A stretch of 64,000 nt of DNA from Chthoniobacteraceae bacterium (GTDB lineage Bacteria; Verrucomicrobiota; Verrucomicrobiia; Chthoniobacterales; Chthoniobacteraceae), in the NCBI GenBank assembly GCA_040081625.1, contig JBEBGD010000011.1, forward strand, positions 1-64,000, read 5' to 3'. The notes beneath the pieces are model-generated. The model was not told the origin of the DNA and did no database searches. It saw only the letters and a list, made by a program, of their open reading frames with translations. Within the stretch, counting starts at the first letter, position 1. Each line of letters opens with the position of its first letter. Positions 19,994 through 30,400 of the stretch are shown here, piece after piece. The position numbers and the translations under genes are program-made.

Positions 19994-20339
19994 CGACGAA
20001 CCTCATTTGAAAGCGGCCTTCGCCGAATTGCACTGCCGACAGCGGGAGCAGGCACCGCCCTTCGGCGCGATGCGTGAGCGTGCGATGCGTGCGGCGGAAG
20101 GACCACGGCGGCGCGTGGGCGGCTGGGCCTTGTCGCTCGGTGCGGCCACCGCGTGCGTGGTGGCCGCGGCGGTTTGGTGGGCGATGCAAAAGCCCGCGCC
20201 GCGCGGCACCGATGCGGCCGCTTCGGCGGAGCGCGTGGAGCAGTTGCTCGACGCGATCGAACACGACGCCGCGATTTTCTCCCCGGTCTATTCCACCGAC
20301 ATCCTGCTCACCCAAAACGACGCTCAACAAACACCATGA
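19983..20339 (+). CDS. Putative single-TM anti-sigma factor
   Basis: Overlaps the 3' end of the ECF gene; one TM segment (WALSLGAATACVVAAAVWW). Confidence 0.7.
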   Translation: MHRDDEPHLKAAFAELHCRQREQAPPFGAMRERAMRAAEGPRRRVGGWALSLGAATACVVAAAVWWAMQKPAPRGTDAAASAERVEQLLDAIEHDAAIFSPVYSTDILLTQNDAQQTP

Positions 20340-21244
20340 AACACAAACTGATCCCATCCCTCGTCCTCGCCGCGCTCAGCGTCGGCGCTCTCCACCAACG
20401 TGGCGCCGCGGAGGAGCCCTCGCGCGCCGCCGTCGCTCACGGCATCGTCTTCCTGCCGCTCGATTTTTACCCGAAGCACCGCGAGGCGCTCGGGCTGAGC
20501 GAGGAGCAGGTGCGCGAGATGCACGGCATCGCCGAGGGGATGCGCGCGCCGGCTGAGAAGATCGAAGCCGAGATCCGCGAGCGCACGAAGGCGCTCCACG
20601 AAGCGGTCGGGCAGAATCCCGTCGATCGGGAGAAGGTGATGCACAGTTTCGAGCGAGTCCTCCAGGCGGAGAACGAGATGAAGATGCTCCAGTTCCGCAC
20701 GCGCATCGCGATGCGCAGCCAGCTCACGCCCGAGCAGTATGCGAAGGTGGCGGCGCTCGTGAAGCACGGCGCGAAGAAAGAATCCGGCGCGCGGGATGGC
20801 GCGAGCGAGGGAGGGATACACGAGCCACTCCAGAAAGTGCGGGAGCAGCTTCGGAAGCGGGCCGGTGGCGGTGATCTGCCACGCGACGTCGTGGAAAAGC
20901 TCGAGCAGATCGAGCAGATGGCGAAGCAGGGCCGCGTGGACGAAGCGAGGGAGCAGCTCGAAGGGATCCTTCGTCACCTTCGCGATGAGTCGAGCTCGGC
21001 CCGGCCCCCGGAAGGCAAACGTCCCGATGGTGCGCCGCAGGCGGGTGGCGAAGAGTTGAAGAAGCGGATTCACCGGATCGCCGAGGCGGCGGAGCAAACG
21101 GACAATGCCGAGGTGCGCGAGCGCCTGCAGGACGCGGTTCGCCGCCTGCGCGAGGCAGCGGAGTCGGGCAATCGCGAGGTAGTCGATGACATCATGCGCT
21201 CGGTCGAGCCGATGCTCCCCGAACGCGCCAAGCGGAAGGAATAA
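20336..21244 (+). CDS. Periplasmic Spy/CpxP/heavy-metal-sensor-like helical protein with C-terminal extension
   Basis: Signal peptide; LGLSEEQ and LTPEQ (LTxxQ) motifs; ATGA coupling. Confidence 0.75.
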   Translation: MKHKLIPSLVLAALSVGALHQRGAAEEPSRAAVAHGIVFLPLDFYPKHREALGLSEEQVREMHGIAEGMRAPAEKIEAEIRERTKALHEAVGQNPVDREKVMHSFERVLQAENEMKMLQFRTRIAMRSQLTPEQYAKVAALVKHGAKKESGARDGASEGGIHEPLQKVREQLRKRAGGGDLPRDVVEKLEQIEQMAKQGRVDEAREQLEGILRHLRDESSSARPPEGKRPDGAPQAGGEELKKRIHRIAEAAEQTDNAEVRERLQDAVRRLREAAESGNREVVDDIMRSVEPMLPERAKRKE

Positions 21245-21245
21245 C

Positions 21246-21280
21246 GCTTCACGTTGTCTTAAGGTTTGAGCAGGCAGGAT
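21246..21280 (+). promoter_or_regulatory. Putative OmpR-type binding box and leaderless promoter of the YHYH gene
   Basis: GCTTCA-cgttgt-CTTAAGGT-tt-GAGCAG-g-CAGGAT-N6-ATG(21287). Confidence 0.55.
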
Positions 21281-21286
21281 GACGCC

Positions 21287-23377
21287 ATGAAAGCCCATCC
21301 TGCCTTGTTCATTCTCGCCCTTCTCGGCGGTGTCGCGTTGTCGTCCGGCCATGATCTCGCGACCGGCGAAGAGCACGCGCACTACGACCGGTCGGTGAAG
21401 CCGCCGGAGTTTTTCCTCGCGCAGTTGGCGCAGCCGCAGCGTCGCGCGGAGACCGATCGCCGACCCGCACCGGCAGCCGCGTTTGCGGCGTTCGCCCCGC
21501 GGGTGAGCGTGCGTTGGGATGAGCGGTTTCTTTTCGTCGAGAGCAACGGGCTGCCCGCGCACAACATGATGGTCGGCATCACCGCATGGCAGCAGCAGGT
21601 GCCGCTTCCGCAGAGCTACACCGGTGCGAATGCGTGGCAGATTCCGCTTTCGCCGCTGCCGGCGAAGGAGGTGATCTCGATCAAGAACCGTTTCCTCCGC
21701 GGCGCGATCGCGATCGCGGCGAATGGCATCCCGATCTTCAACCCACAGAACAATCGCGGCGAGATCTCGGCGGAGATAGGCGAGCTCGACGAGTGGGGCG
21801 GGCACTGCGGGCGCGCGGACGACTACCACTACCACGCCGCGCCTCTCCACTTGCAGAGCGTGCTCGGGACGAAGCTGCCGATCGCGTATGCGCTCGATGG
21901 TTATCCGATCTACGGGCTGACCGAGCCGGACGGCTCCGCGCCGACGGGGCTCGACGCCTTCAACGGCCACACGACGGCGGCGCTCGGCTATCACTACCAC
22001 GCGTCGAAGAAGTATCCGTTTGTGAACGGCGGCTTCCACGGCGAGGTGGTCGAGCGCGACGGGCAGGCGGACCCGCAGCCGCGCGCGAATGGCGTGCGCG
22101 AGGCGCTGCCGGGATTGCGCGGTGCGAAGATCACCGGTTTCGAGGCGACGGGCGCGAGCAGCTATCGGCTCTCGTATGAGCTGGGCGGCGAGAAGCGCGC
22201 GATCGTTTACGCGATCAATGCCGGCGGCACGTTTCCGTTCGAGTTTCAGAACGGGCGCGAGGGCTCGGTGAAGGAAGTCTTTACGCAGCGGCAGCGCGGC
22301 GGTCGGGAGCCGCGGCGCGACGGCGATCGCGGGCCGCGCCGGAATCCCGATCCCGCGGAAGGTCCGCGCAGGCCGTGGCTGGAGGTCCACGGGGCGGAAC
22401 TCGACGCGGATGGCGACGGCACGATTACGTCCGTCGAGTTCGACGGCGAGGCGAAGCGCTCGTTTAGCGGCTACGACAGCGACCGCGACGGGAAGCTGAC
22501 GCGCGACGAATCCTCGGGCCCCGGCGCGAGGTCGCCGATGGGCGGCTTTGTGAAGCAGCACGCGGAGCAGCTCGACTCGAATGGCGATGGCGTGATCGCC
22601 GAGTCCGAGTTCGTGGCCGACGTGCGGCGGATGTTCGACAAGCAGGACCGCAATCGCGACGGAAAGCTCAGCGCGGATGAATGGCGCGACGTCGCATCCG
22701 CGCCGTCAGCGCCCGCGCAGCGCGAAGGGGAGAAGCGCCGCGGCGGGCCCGGCGGCAAGGGTGGCGGTGGCGGCGGGCCGATCAAGCCGAGCATCGCCGA
22801 CACGATGAAGCTCACCGTCTATGCGGACAATTGGTTCATGCTCTACGTGAATGGCCGGCTCGTTGCCGTGGACCCGATCCAGTTCACGCCACACAACGTC
22901 GTGAGCGTGGACTTTCTCCCCGAGTATCCGATGACCATCGCCGTGCTCGCGAAGGACAACGCCGACCCGAAGACCGGCATGGAATACGGCACCAGCATCG
23001 GCGACGGCGGCTTCGTGCTGAAATTCGGCGACGGCACGGTGACGAACGCGACATGGAAGGCGAAGAGCTTCTTCCACGGCCCGCTCGGTGGCGACACTGC
23101 GAACCCGCAGGTGAAGCACGAGCCATTGCCCGCGAACTGGTGGGCGCCGGATTTCGACGACCTCGCGTGGGCGAACGCAAAGGAATACACCGTCGGGCAG
23201 GTCGATCCGAAGCAGCCTTACTTCGACAACGATTTCGCCGGCGCGAAGTTCATCTGGACCGGCGACCTCGCGCTCGACAACACCGTCATCTTCCGCACCC
23301 GCATCGAGAGGCCGGGCTGGACGCCGCGCTGGAATACCAAGCCCGATCTCGACGCGACCGAAGCGCCTCTGAAATGA
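21287..23377 (+). CDS. Secreted YHYH-domain protein with 4 EF-hands and a C-terminal beta-sandwich/lectin-like domain
   Basis: DDYHYH and GYHYH motifs; YALDGYPIYG; EF loops DADGDGTITSVE, DSDRDGKLTRDE, DSNGDGVIAESE, DRNRDGKLSADE; YADNWFMLYVNG. Confidence 0.85.
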   Translation: MKAHPALFILALLGGVALSSGHDLATGEEHAHYDRSVKPPEFFLAQLAQPQRRAETDRRPAPAAAFAAFAPRVSVRWDERFLFVESNGLPAHNMMVGITAWQQQVPLPQSYTGANAWQIPLSPLPAKEVISIKNRFLRGAIAIAANGIPIFNPQNNRGEISAEIGELDEWGGHCGRADDYHYHAAPLHLQSVLGTKLPIAYALDGYPIYGLTEPDGSAPTGLDAFNGHTTAALGYHYHASKKYPFVNGGFHGEVVERDGQADPQPRANGVREALPGLRGAKITGFEATGASSYRLSYELGGEKRAIVYAINAGGTFPFEFQNGREGSVKEVFTQRQRGGREPRRDGDRGPRRNPDPAEGPRRPWLEVHGAELDADGDGTITSVEFDGEAKRSFSGYDSDRDGKLTRDESSGPGARSPMGGFVKQHAEQLDSNGDGVIAESEFVADVRRMFDKQDRNRDGKLSADEWRDVASAPSAPAQREGEKRRGGPGGKGGGGGGPIKPSIADTMKLTVYADNWFMLYVNGRLVAVDPIQFTPHNVVSVDFLPEYPMTIAVLAKDNADPKTGMEYGTSIGDGGFVLKFGDGTVTNATWKAKSFFHGPLGGDTANPQVKHEPLPANWWAPDFDDLAWANAKEYTVGQVDPKQPYFDNDFAGAKFIWTGDLALDNTVIFRTRIERPGWTPRWNTKPDLDATEAPLK

Positions 23378-24780
23378 ACTCACCCGCTTCTCCCATGCAC
23401 GTCCTCGTGCTATTCGTCACCCTTTGCGCCGCGGCATTCGCAGCGCCACTCGAGCGGCCGAACATCGTGCTGCTGCTCTCGGACGATCAGGACTGGACCG
23501 GTCTCTCGACGCAGATGCACCCGGACGTTCCGAACTCGAAGAGCGATTTTTACCGCACGCCGAATCTCGAGAAGTTCGCGGCGCAGGGAATGCGGTTCAG
23601 CGCGGCTTATGCGCCGGCGCCGGTGTGCTCCCCGACGCGCATCAGTCTCCAGACGGGGTGGAGTCCGGCGGCGTTGCGGTGGACGAAGGCCGCGCCGGCG
23701 GAGGCGGGTCATCGTCTGATCGAAGCGGAGAATCGCAAGAGCATCCGCGCCGAGGAGGTGACGATCGGCGAGATGCTGAAGACCGCGGGCTACGCGACGG
23801 CGCACTACGGCAAGTGGCACCTCAGCGGCGGCGGACCTGCGTCGCACGGCTACGACGAGAGCGATGGCGACACGGGCAATCGCGAGGCGGACCGCAACGT
23901 CGATCCGAACCCGGTGGACATCTTCGGCATGGGCCGGCGCGCGGCGGCGTTCATGGAAAAGAACGCGAAGGCCGGGAAGCCGTTCTTCGTGCAGATGTCG
24001 TATCACGCGCTGCATGTGCCGGAGAATGCGACGAAGGCGACGCGCGCCTTTTACGACAAGAAGCCGCCGGGGCAGATGCACAGCGACCCCGCGCGCGCGG
24101 CGATCACCGAGGACCTCGACACCGGCGTCGGGCGCCTGCTCGCGGACATCGACCGACTCGGGCTCTTCGGAAAGACCTACGTGATCTACATGTCCGACAA
24201 TGGCGCCGGTGGCAAAGGCCCCGCGCGGCCGATCCGCGCGGGCAAAGGCGGTGTGTGGGAGGGCGGCATCCGCGTGCCGTTCATCGTGCGCGGCCCGGGC
24301 ATCGCGGCGAACTCGTGGTGCCACGAGCGTGTCGTCGGTTACGATCTCTTCCCGACCTTCTGCCGGCTCGCGGGCGTGAAGACGGCGCTGCCCGCCGGTG
24401 TGGAAGGCGGCGACATCTCGCATCTGTTCGCCGGATCGAAGGCACCCGTAAAACGCCCGCGCGAGGAACTCGTGTTCCATTTCCCACACTACCAGGGCGA
24501 CACGCCGCACTCGGCGATCCTGCTCGGGAAATACAAGCTGCTGGAGTTTTACGAGACGGGTGAGCGGCTGCTTTTCGATCTCGATGCCGATCTCGGCGAG
24601 CAGAGCGACATCGCGAAGTCGAAGCCTGACATCGCCGCGGATCTCACGAAGCGCCTGCACGCATATCTCGCGAGCGTCGGCGCGGCGATGCCGCAACCGA
24701 ATCCGAGCTTCGACCCCGCAAAGGAGCCCGCCGGGAAGAAGGGCGGAAAGGGCGGGAAGAAAAAGGGACGCGCACAGTGA
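23374..24780 (+). CDS. Sulfatase (arylsulfatase A-like)
   Basis: ATGA overlap; PNIVLLLSDD; CSPTR; GKWH; SDNG. Confidence 0.93.
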   Translation: MNSPASPMHVLVLFVTLCAAAFAAPLERPNIVLLLSDDQDWTGLSTQMHPDVPNSKSDFYRTPNLEKFAAQGMRFSAAYAPAPVCSPTRISLQTGWSPAALRWTKAAPAEAGHRLIEAENRKSIRAEEVTIGEMLKTAGYATAHYGKWHLSGGGPASHGYDESDGDTGNREADRNVDPNPVDIFGMGRRAAAFMEKNAKAGKPFFVQMSYHALHVPENATKATRAFYDKKPPGQMHSDPARAAITEDLDTGVGRLLADIDRLGLFGKTYVIYMSDNGAGGKGPARPIRAGKGGVWEGGIRVPFIVRGPGIAANSWCHERVVGYDLFPTFCRLAGVKTALPAGVEGGDISHLFAGSKAPVKRPREELVFHFPHYQGDTPHSAILLGKYKLLEFYETGERLLFDLDADLGEQSDIAKSKPDIAADLTKRLHAYLASVGAAMPQPNPSFDPAKEPAGKKGGKGGKKKGRAQ

Positions 24781-26249
24781 GAGCCAAGACCTTGTTCACC
24801 GCCGCCGTGTTTGCGGTGTGCGCATCGCTCGTCGCCTTTGCTGCCGACGAGACGAAGCGCGGTCCGGATGGTGGAAAGCGCGGGCCTGACGCGCCGGTGG
24901 ACGACGCGCGTTTTCTGTTCCGCACCGAGGTTCCCGCGCAGGCGGTGGACGTGATCCTCGGTCGTCCGACGAAGCACTCGGTGACGGTGAGCGTGCTCGC
25001 GTATGCGGACCGCGAAGGCGCCATCCAATACGGACCGAAGGCCGGCGCGCTTTCAGCGAAGACTGCGGCCTTCGCGCTGAAAGCAGGCGAGCCGGCGGAG
25101 GTGGCGATCACCGGGTTGCAGTCGGACACGCAGTATTTTTACCGGCTGAGCACACGCGTCGGGAACGGCGCTTGGGCGGGCGAGCCGGAGCGATCCTTCC
25201 GCACGCAGCGTGCGCCGGGCAGCAGCTTCATCTTCACCGTGCAGGCCGATCCGCACCTGGACTTCGGAACCGATAAGGAGGTGTATCGGAAATCTCTCGC
25301 GAACGCGCTCGCGGCGAAGACGGATTTTCACATCGACCTCGGCGACACGTTCATGACGGACAAGTATCCGAGCTTCAAACTGTCCGCGCCGCAGTATCTC
25401 GCGCAGCGCTATTACTTCAGCATCGTCGGGCACAGCGCGCCAGTCTTCCTCGTGCTCGGCAATCACGACGGCGAGACGATCGGCAAAGGCCGCGGCGGCG
25501 ACGGCGAGTCGATGCCGGTGTGGTCGAACACGATGCGGAAACGCTACTTCCCGAACCCGGTCCCGAACGACTTCTACTCGGGCAACACGACCGTGCATCC
25601 CGAGGCGGGCCTGCTGGAAAACTACTACGCGTGGGAGTGGGGCGACGCGCTCTTCATCGCGCTCGATCAGTATTGGTATTCGCAAAAACAGCGCGGCAGC
25701 AGCGGCGACAACTGGAGCCGCACGCTCGGCGCGGAGCAATTCGCGTGGCTCAAGCGCACGCTCGAAACCAGCAAGGCGAAGTTCAAGTTCGTCTTCATCC
25801 ATCATCTCGTCGGCGGCGAGACGCCGGAAGGTCGCGGCGGGTCCGAGGCGTCGCACTTCTTCGAGTGGGGCGGCAAGGAACTCGATGGCCGCAACACCTT
25901 CGCCGAAAAGCGGCCCGGCTGGAGCGCGCCGATCCACGACCTGCTCGTGAAGCACGGCGGCAGCATCGTCTTCCACGGACATGATCATCTCTACGTGCAG
26001 CAGGAGCGCGACGGGATCATCTACCAGCTCGTTCCGCAGCCCGGCCACTCACGCTTCGACAACACCCGCAGCACGGAGGAATACGGCTACAAAAGCGGCG
26101 TGAAGCGCGGCGCGTCGGGCATCCTGCGCGTGACCGTGTCGCCCGACAAGGCCGTGGCCGACTACGTGCGCGCCTACCCGGACAGCGCCGAGAGCGCCGA
26201 GCGCAAGACCGGCGCGGTGACGCACAGCTACACGATCAAGCCGCGCTGA
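24777..26249 (+). CDS. Secreted calcineurin-like metallophosphoesterase with N-terminal FN3/PAP-type domain
   Basis: DPH, GD, GNHD, HH and GHDH motifs. Confidence 0.9.
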   Translation: MRAKTLFTAAVFAVCASLVAFAADETKRGPDGGKRGPDAPVDDARFLFRTEVPAQAVDVILGRPTKHSVTVSVLAYADREGAIQYGPKAGALSAKTAAFALKAGEPAEVAITGLQSDTQYFYRLSTRVGNGAWAGEPERSFRTQRAPGSSFIFTVQADPHLDFGTDKEVYRKSLANALAAKTDFHIDLGDTFMTDKYPSFKLSAPQYLAQRYYFSIVGHSAPVFLVLGNHDGETIGKGRGGDGESMPVWSNTMRKRYFPNPVPNDFYSGNTTVHPEAGLLENYYAWEWGDALFIALDQYWYSQKQRGSSGDNWSRTLGAEQFAWLKRTLETSKAKFKFVFIHHLVGGETPEGRGGSEASHFFEWGGKELDGRNTFAEKRPGWSAPIHDLLVKHGGSIVFHGHDHLYVQQERDGIIYQLVPQPGHSRFDNTRSTEEYGYKSGVKRGASGILRVTVSPDKAVADYVRAYPDSAESAERKTGAVTHSYTIKPR

Positions 26250-26299
26250 AACCGCTGCGACGATCGGCCGCCGTCGGGGTTTCAGCCCGACTTATCACC

Positions 26300-27460
26300 A
26301 TGAAAACCAAGTCGATCCTTTTCCTTGCCGCGGCACTCGGCGTCGCGAGTTCGATCACATCATCGTGGGCGCAAGAGCGCGGTCGCAAGGCGCAAGCGCC
26401 CGAGGGCCTCGTGCGAAACTGGCTCTCCCAGCAGGACAAGGACGGCGACGGCAAGATCAGTGAGAGTGAGGCGACCGGCCTGATGAAGAGCAACTTTGCG
26501 CGCAACGACGCGAACAAGAACGGCGTCCTCGATCGCGCGGAACTCGATGCGCTGTCGGCCCGCCTGGGAAGGACGGCGCGTCCGGGGACTCGGACGGACA
26601 ATGCCGCGCCGCGCCGGCAGCAGTCGATTTCCACCGAGCAGTTGCTCGCGCGTGCGACGCCGGACATCACCATCGTGCCGGACATCGCGTATCGCGAAGG
26701 GCACGACCGCGCGTGGAAGCTCGATCTCGTCATGCCCAAGGAGCGCGGCGACAAACCGCGACCGGGCATCGTGTTCGTCCACGGCGGTGGCTGGCGCAGC
26801 GGCGACAAGCGGACGGGATCGTTTCTGAACGGCGCGATCGAGTATGCGAAGAAGGGTTACGTCTGCATCACCATCAACTACCGACTCATCGACGAAGGGC
26901 CGTTTCCCGCGTGTGTGGAGGATGTGAAGAACGCCGTGCGCTGGTTCCGCGCGAACGCGGAGAAATCCAATCTCGATCCGGCACGCATCGGCGGTTACGG
27001 CAACTCCGCCGGTGCGCACCTCGTCGCGATGCTCGGCTTGGTGAAGAAGGACGCGGGCCTCGAAGGCGACGGGCCGTATCAGGATCAGTCCAGCCTGTTG
27101 CAGGCGGTGTGTGCCTCGGCGACGCCCACGGATTTCAAACTCTTCGGCGGCGGACGCTCCAGCACCGGCGGCCTGCTCGCCGGTGACGAAGCCACCGCGG
27201 AAGAACGATCGCGGAAAGCCTCGCCGATCTCCTACGTCGCGAAGGACGCCCCGCCGTTCCTGCTCATCCATGGCACGACGGACACGACGGTGAATGTGAA
27301 GCACAGCGACACGTTCGTTGAGGCGCTGAAGGCGGCGGGCGCGAAGGACGTGACCTACATCCGCATCGAAGGCTCAGGACACGGCGTGTTCAACGAACAC
27401 TCCGCGAAGACCGGCCCGGCAATGGAGGAGTTTTTCAAGCGGACGCTCGGCGCGAAGTAG
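26300..27460 (+). CDS. Secreted alpha/beta-hydrolase esterase with N-terminal EF-hands
   Basis: HGGGW; GNSAG nucleophile; HGTTD; GSGH; EF loops DKDGDGKISESE, DANKNGVLDRAE. Confidence 0.9.
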   Translation: MKTKSILFLAAALGVASSITSSWAQERGRKAQAPEGLVRNWLSQQDKDGDGKISESEATGLMKSNFARNDANKNGVLDRAELDALSARLGRTARPGTRTDNAAPRRQQSISTEQLLARATPDITIVPDIAYREGHDRAWKLDLVMPKERGDKPRPGIVFVHGGGWRSGDKRTGSFLNGAIEYAKKGYVCITINYRLIDEGPFPACVEDVKNAVRWFRANAEKSNLDPARIGGYGNSAGAHLVAMLGLVKKDAGLEGDGPYQDQSSLLQAVCASATPTDFKLFGGGRSSTGGLLAGDEATAEERSRKASPISYVAKDAPPFLLIHGTTDTTVNVKHSDTFVEALKAAGAKDVTYIRIEGSGHGVFNEHSAKTGPAMEEFFKRTLGAK

Positions 27461-27478
27461 CCGCGGAAGCCGCGCGCC

Positions 27479-30400
27479 TCACAAGCCCGCCGACCGCGGG
27501 CGGGGACCGAAACTCACGAGTCCGCCGTCCACGAGCGAGACGACGACGCGGCCATCGCGATCGACGAGCAGGCCGTCGGGCAGCGGGTCGCCGGGGAGTT
27601 CGTGCTGGAACATCGTGCGGCCGTCCTCCGGCGCGAGACCGACGAGAAACCACAGCGGCCGCGCGCGGCTCAGTTCCTGATAGCGGGCGACGGTGAGCAC
27701 CGCGTCGGGCGTAAGCGCGAGCGCCACCGCCTCGAACTTGTTCACGTTGTTGAGTCGCGACAGCCAGCGCTCTTCCTTCCGCGTGTTCATGACGGTGACG
27801 AGGTTGGATTGGAACGGGCCGGGCCGGTCGGTCTGTTGCTGAAGTCCGCGCGCGACTGCGCCCGAGAGCTTCGCCGTGTCGAACGCGGCGATGTTGCCGT
27901 ATTTGAAATTGATGACCGCGAACATCTGGTCGTTCCACACCGGCGGGATGCCGCCGTAGTTGAGCGTGTGCGAGCGGCGGTCGCCCGACCAAACGGCGAA
28001 CGAACCTTTGGTTTCCACGTTGAGCGGCGAGGAATAGAGGATGCGCCCACCCGCGAGCACGTAGTCGTTGCTGAACACGCCCACGAATTTGCCGCCATTG
28101 GCCTGCGGCTGATTCTGGTCGCGCGACTTTTCGAGGCACTCGCCCGTCTTGAGGTCGAAGCCCGCGGGCGAGATCACATTGCCGCCGGCGAATAGAAGCG
28201 TCTTGCCGTGAATGGTCAGGTTGCCCTGCGCGCTGATCCCTTTGCGCTGAGTGGCGTTGAGGTGGCCGGAGGAATTGTTCTGCCAGCGGATGTCGCCGGT
28301 CTTCGCGTCGAGCGCATACACGTAGGTGCCGTCGTGATCCACGATGCCCGCCGCGAAATACGCGACGCCCTCATGCACGAGCACGCCGGTGTTCACCGGC
28401 CAGGTGGAACTCATCGCGCCATAGATCATGAGGTGCCGCTCGATCGGTGCGGCGCGGAAACGCCACAGCAGCCGGCCGCTCGTTGCTTCGAGGCAATAGA
28501 CGTGGCCGTCGCCGCTCCCGAAGTAGGCGCGGCCGTCCGCGATGGTCGGCGGATACTTCACGATGCCTGCGGTCTGGAACGTCCAGCGCAACTCGCCCTT
28601 CGCCGCGTCCACGGCGCGTGCGCGGCCATCCTCGCCGCCAAAGAACAGCAGTCCGCCCGCCGCCGTCGCCTCCGTGGGCACGGTCGTGCGCGCCGGTTTG
28701 TAGTGCCATTGCTGCGCCACGCCGCCGATGCGCACGGGACTGCTGCCGCTGCGGTTGTTGTTGCCGCGATAGGTCGGCCAGTCGCGCTCGGTGATGGGCA
28801 GCGGCTTCACCTCGTCGGCACCGGGCGATTTTTCCAATCGCGCCGCCGTGGTCGCCTGGTGATCGAATTTGAAATCGCCCGCCGATGTCCGCGCGATCGC
28901 GCCGATCAGCGAGAGGTTGCAGTCGCATGACCACGGGCCGAGGTAGATGAGCCCGTTGGCGGGGATCACGCCGTCGTTGCACGCCGGGCGCGCGGAGCCG
29001 TCGATGCTCACCTCGCGCGTCTCGCGATCGAAGCGGATCATGCCCTCGCCGCGGCAGAAGAACGAGTCGGTGCTCGCGGTCAGCCGCGTGCAGGCGCGCT
29101 TGGTGAAACCGAGGTCTTCGACCTGCTCACCGCTCACGGGATCGAGCGCCACGTTGCGCCCGCCGGGGCCGACGCCGACGATGACTTTGCCATCCACGTA
29201 GATCGCGTTGGGATTGTTGGTGATCTTTTTCTTCTGCCAGAGCTGCTTGCCGTTCTCCGTCGAGATGGCGACCACGTTCATGTGCGTCTGCCCCTGAATG
29301 ACCAGCGCCTTGGGCGTCGCGACCATCATCGTTTCCGTGCGCCAGCCGGGCGTCGAGATGAGGCCTTTGCCGGGTTCCTCGATAAGCTTCAGCGTCTCCT
29401 TGTCGTCGGCCGTCCAGACGATGCTGCCGCTGGTGGTCGAGAGGCTGCGCAGATGGTGGTCCGGGCAATAGAGAAACAGCCGGTCCTGCAGAATCGCCAG
29501 CCCGCGCGAGTCGATCGGCGTCTTCTCGTTGTGCTTCCAGATCACATACTTGTCCTTCAACTGATACGCTGCGATCACGTTGCCGTAGCCGTGCGGGATG
29601 CGCTTTTCGTAATAGAGCTTGCTGAGGTCCGCCCAGCTCCAGCCGCCGAGCGCGCGGTCGCCTTTCACCGTCTCCGCCGGCGGATCGGTAGGACCGGACA
29701 TGGCGTAGAGCACGCCGTCCTTCAGCGCGATCCATTTCAAGTCGCCGTCCACGCCGGGGATGCGGATCTCGCCTTTCTCGCGACCGGTCGCGGGATCGAG
29801 CAGCAGGCAGCGGCTGCCATCGATCATGAAAAATGTTTCCCTCGTCGCGATGAACGCCGAGCGATGCACGAGGTAGCCCTCGGGCAGTTTGCGCTCCCAC
29901 AGCACGGCGCCGTTGTAGCCGTTGCGCGCCATCACGCGGCCGAGTGTTTCCCATTCGCGCTCGTGATGCGCGATGTGGCCGATCGCGAGAAACGTGCGCC
30001 CGCCCGCCGCCGTGGTGACCGCCGGCATCCCGATGTAATACGGCGTCTCCATGAACTGCGTCATGTAGGGCGCCTTGATGACCTGATCGTCGGACACCGG
30101 ATTGTTGTCCGGCGACTTCTCCCAATGCGACCAGTCCGCGGCGCCCTTGAGCACGGGCTTGAAGAACTGCACCCACGCGCCATGCGCGTCGTTCCACGTC
30201 GTGACGCGCTCACCAACGCCCGACCGCGCCCAATCGGCGAGTGCATCCTCCGCCGCGCCCGTGGCGCCGATGATCGCGGTGCCTTCGGGTCGCAAGGCGC
30301 GCAGGACTTCGCCGGCCTTGAGCGATTTCAGAAACGCCGCGTCCGCGCGAGTGCTGACGACGAGGTCCACCGAATTCTCCGTGTAAGGCAGCCGGTCCAG

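Noticed and set aside
22390..22690. Lanmodulin-like lanthanide binding
   Set aside because: The EF loops lack the Pro at position 2, and no XoxF-type dehydrogenase was recognised.
26273..26291. Hairpin GTCGGG-GTTTCAG-CCCGAC as terminator or REP
   Set aside because: Only a 6-bp stem, single copy, no U-tract; insufficient support.
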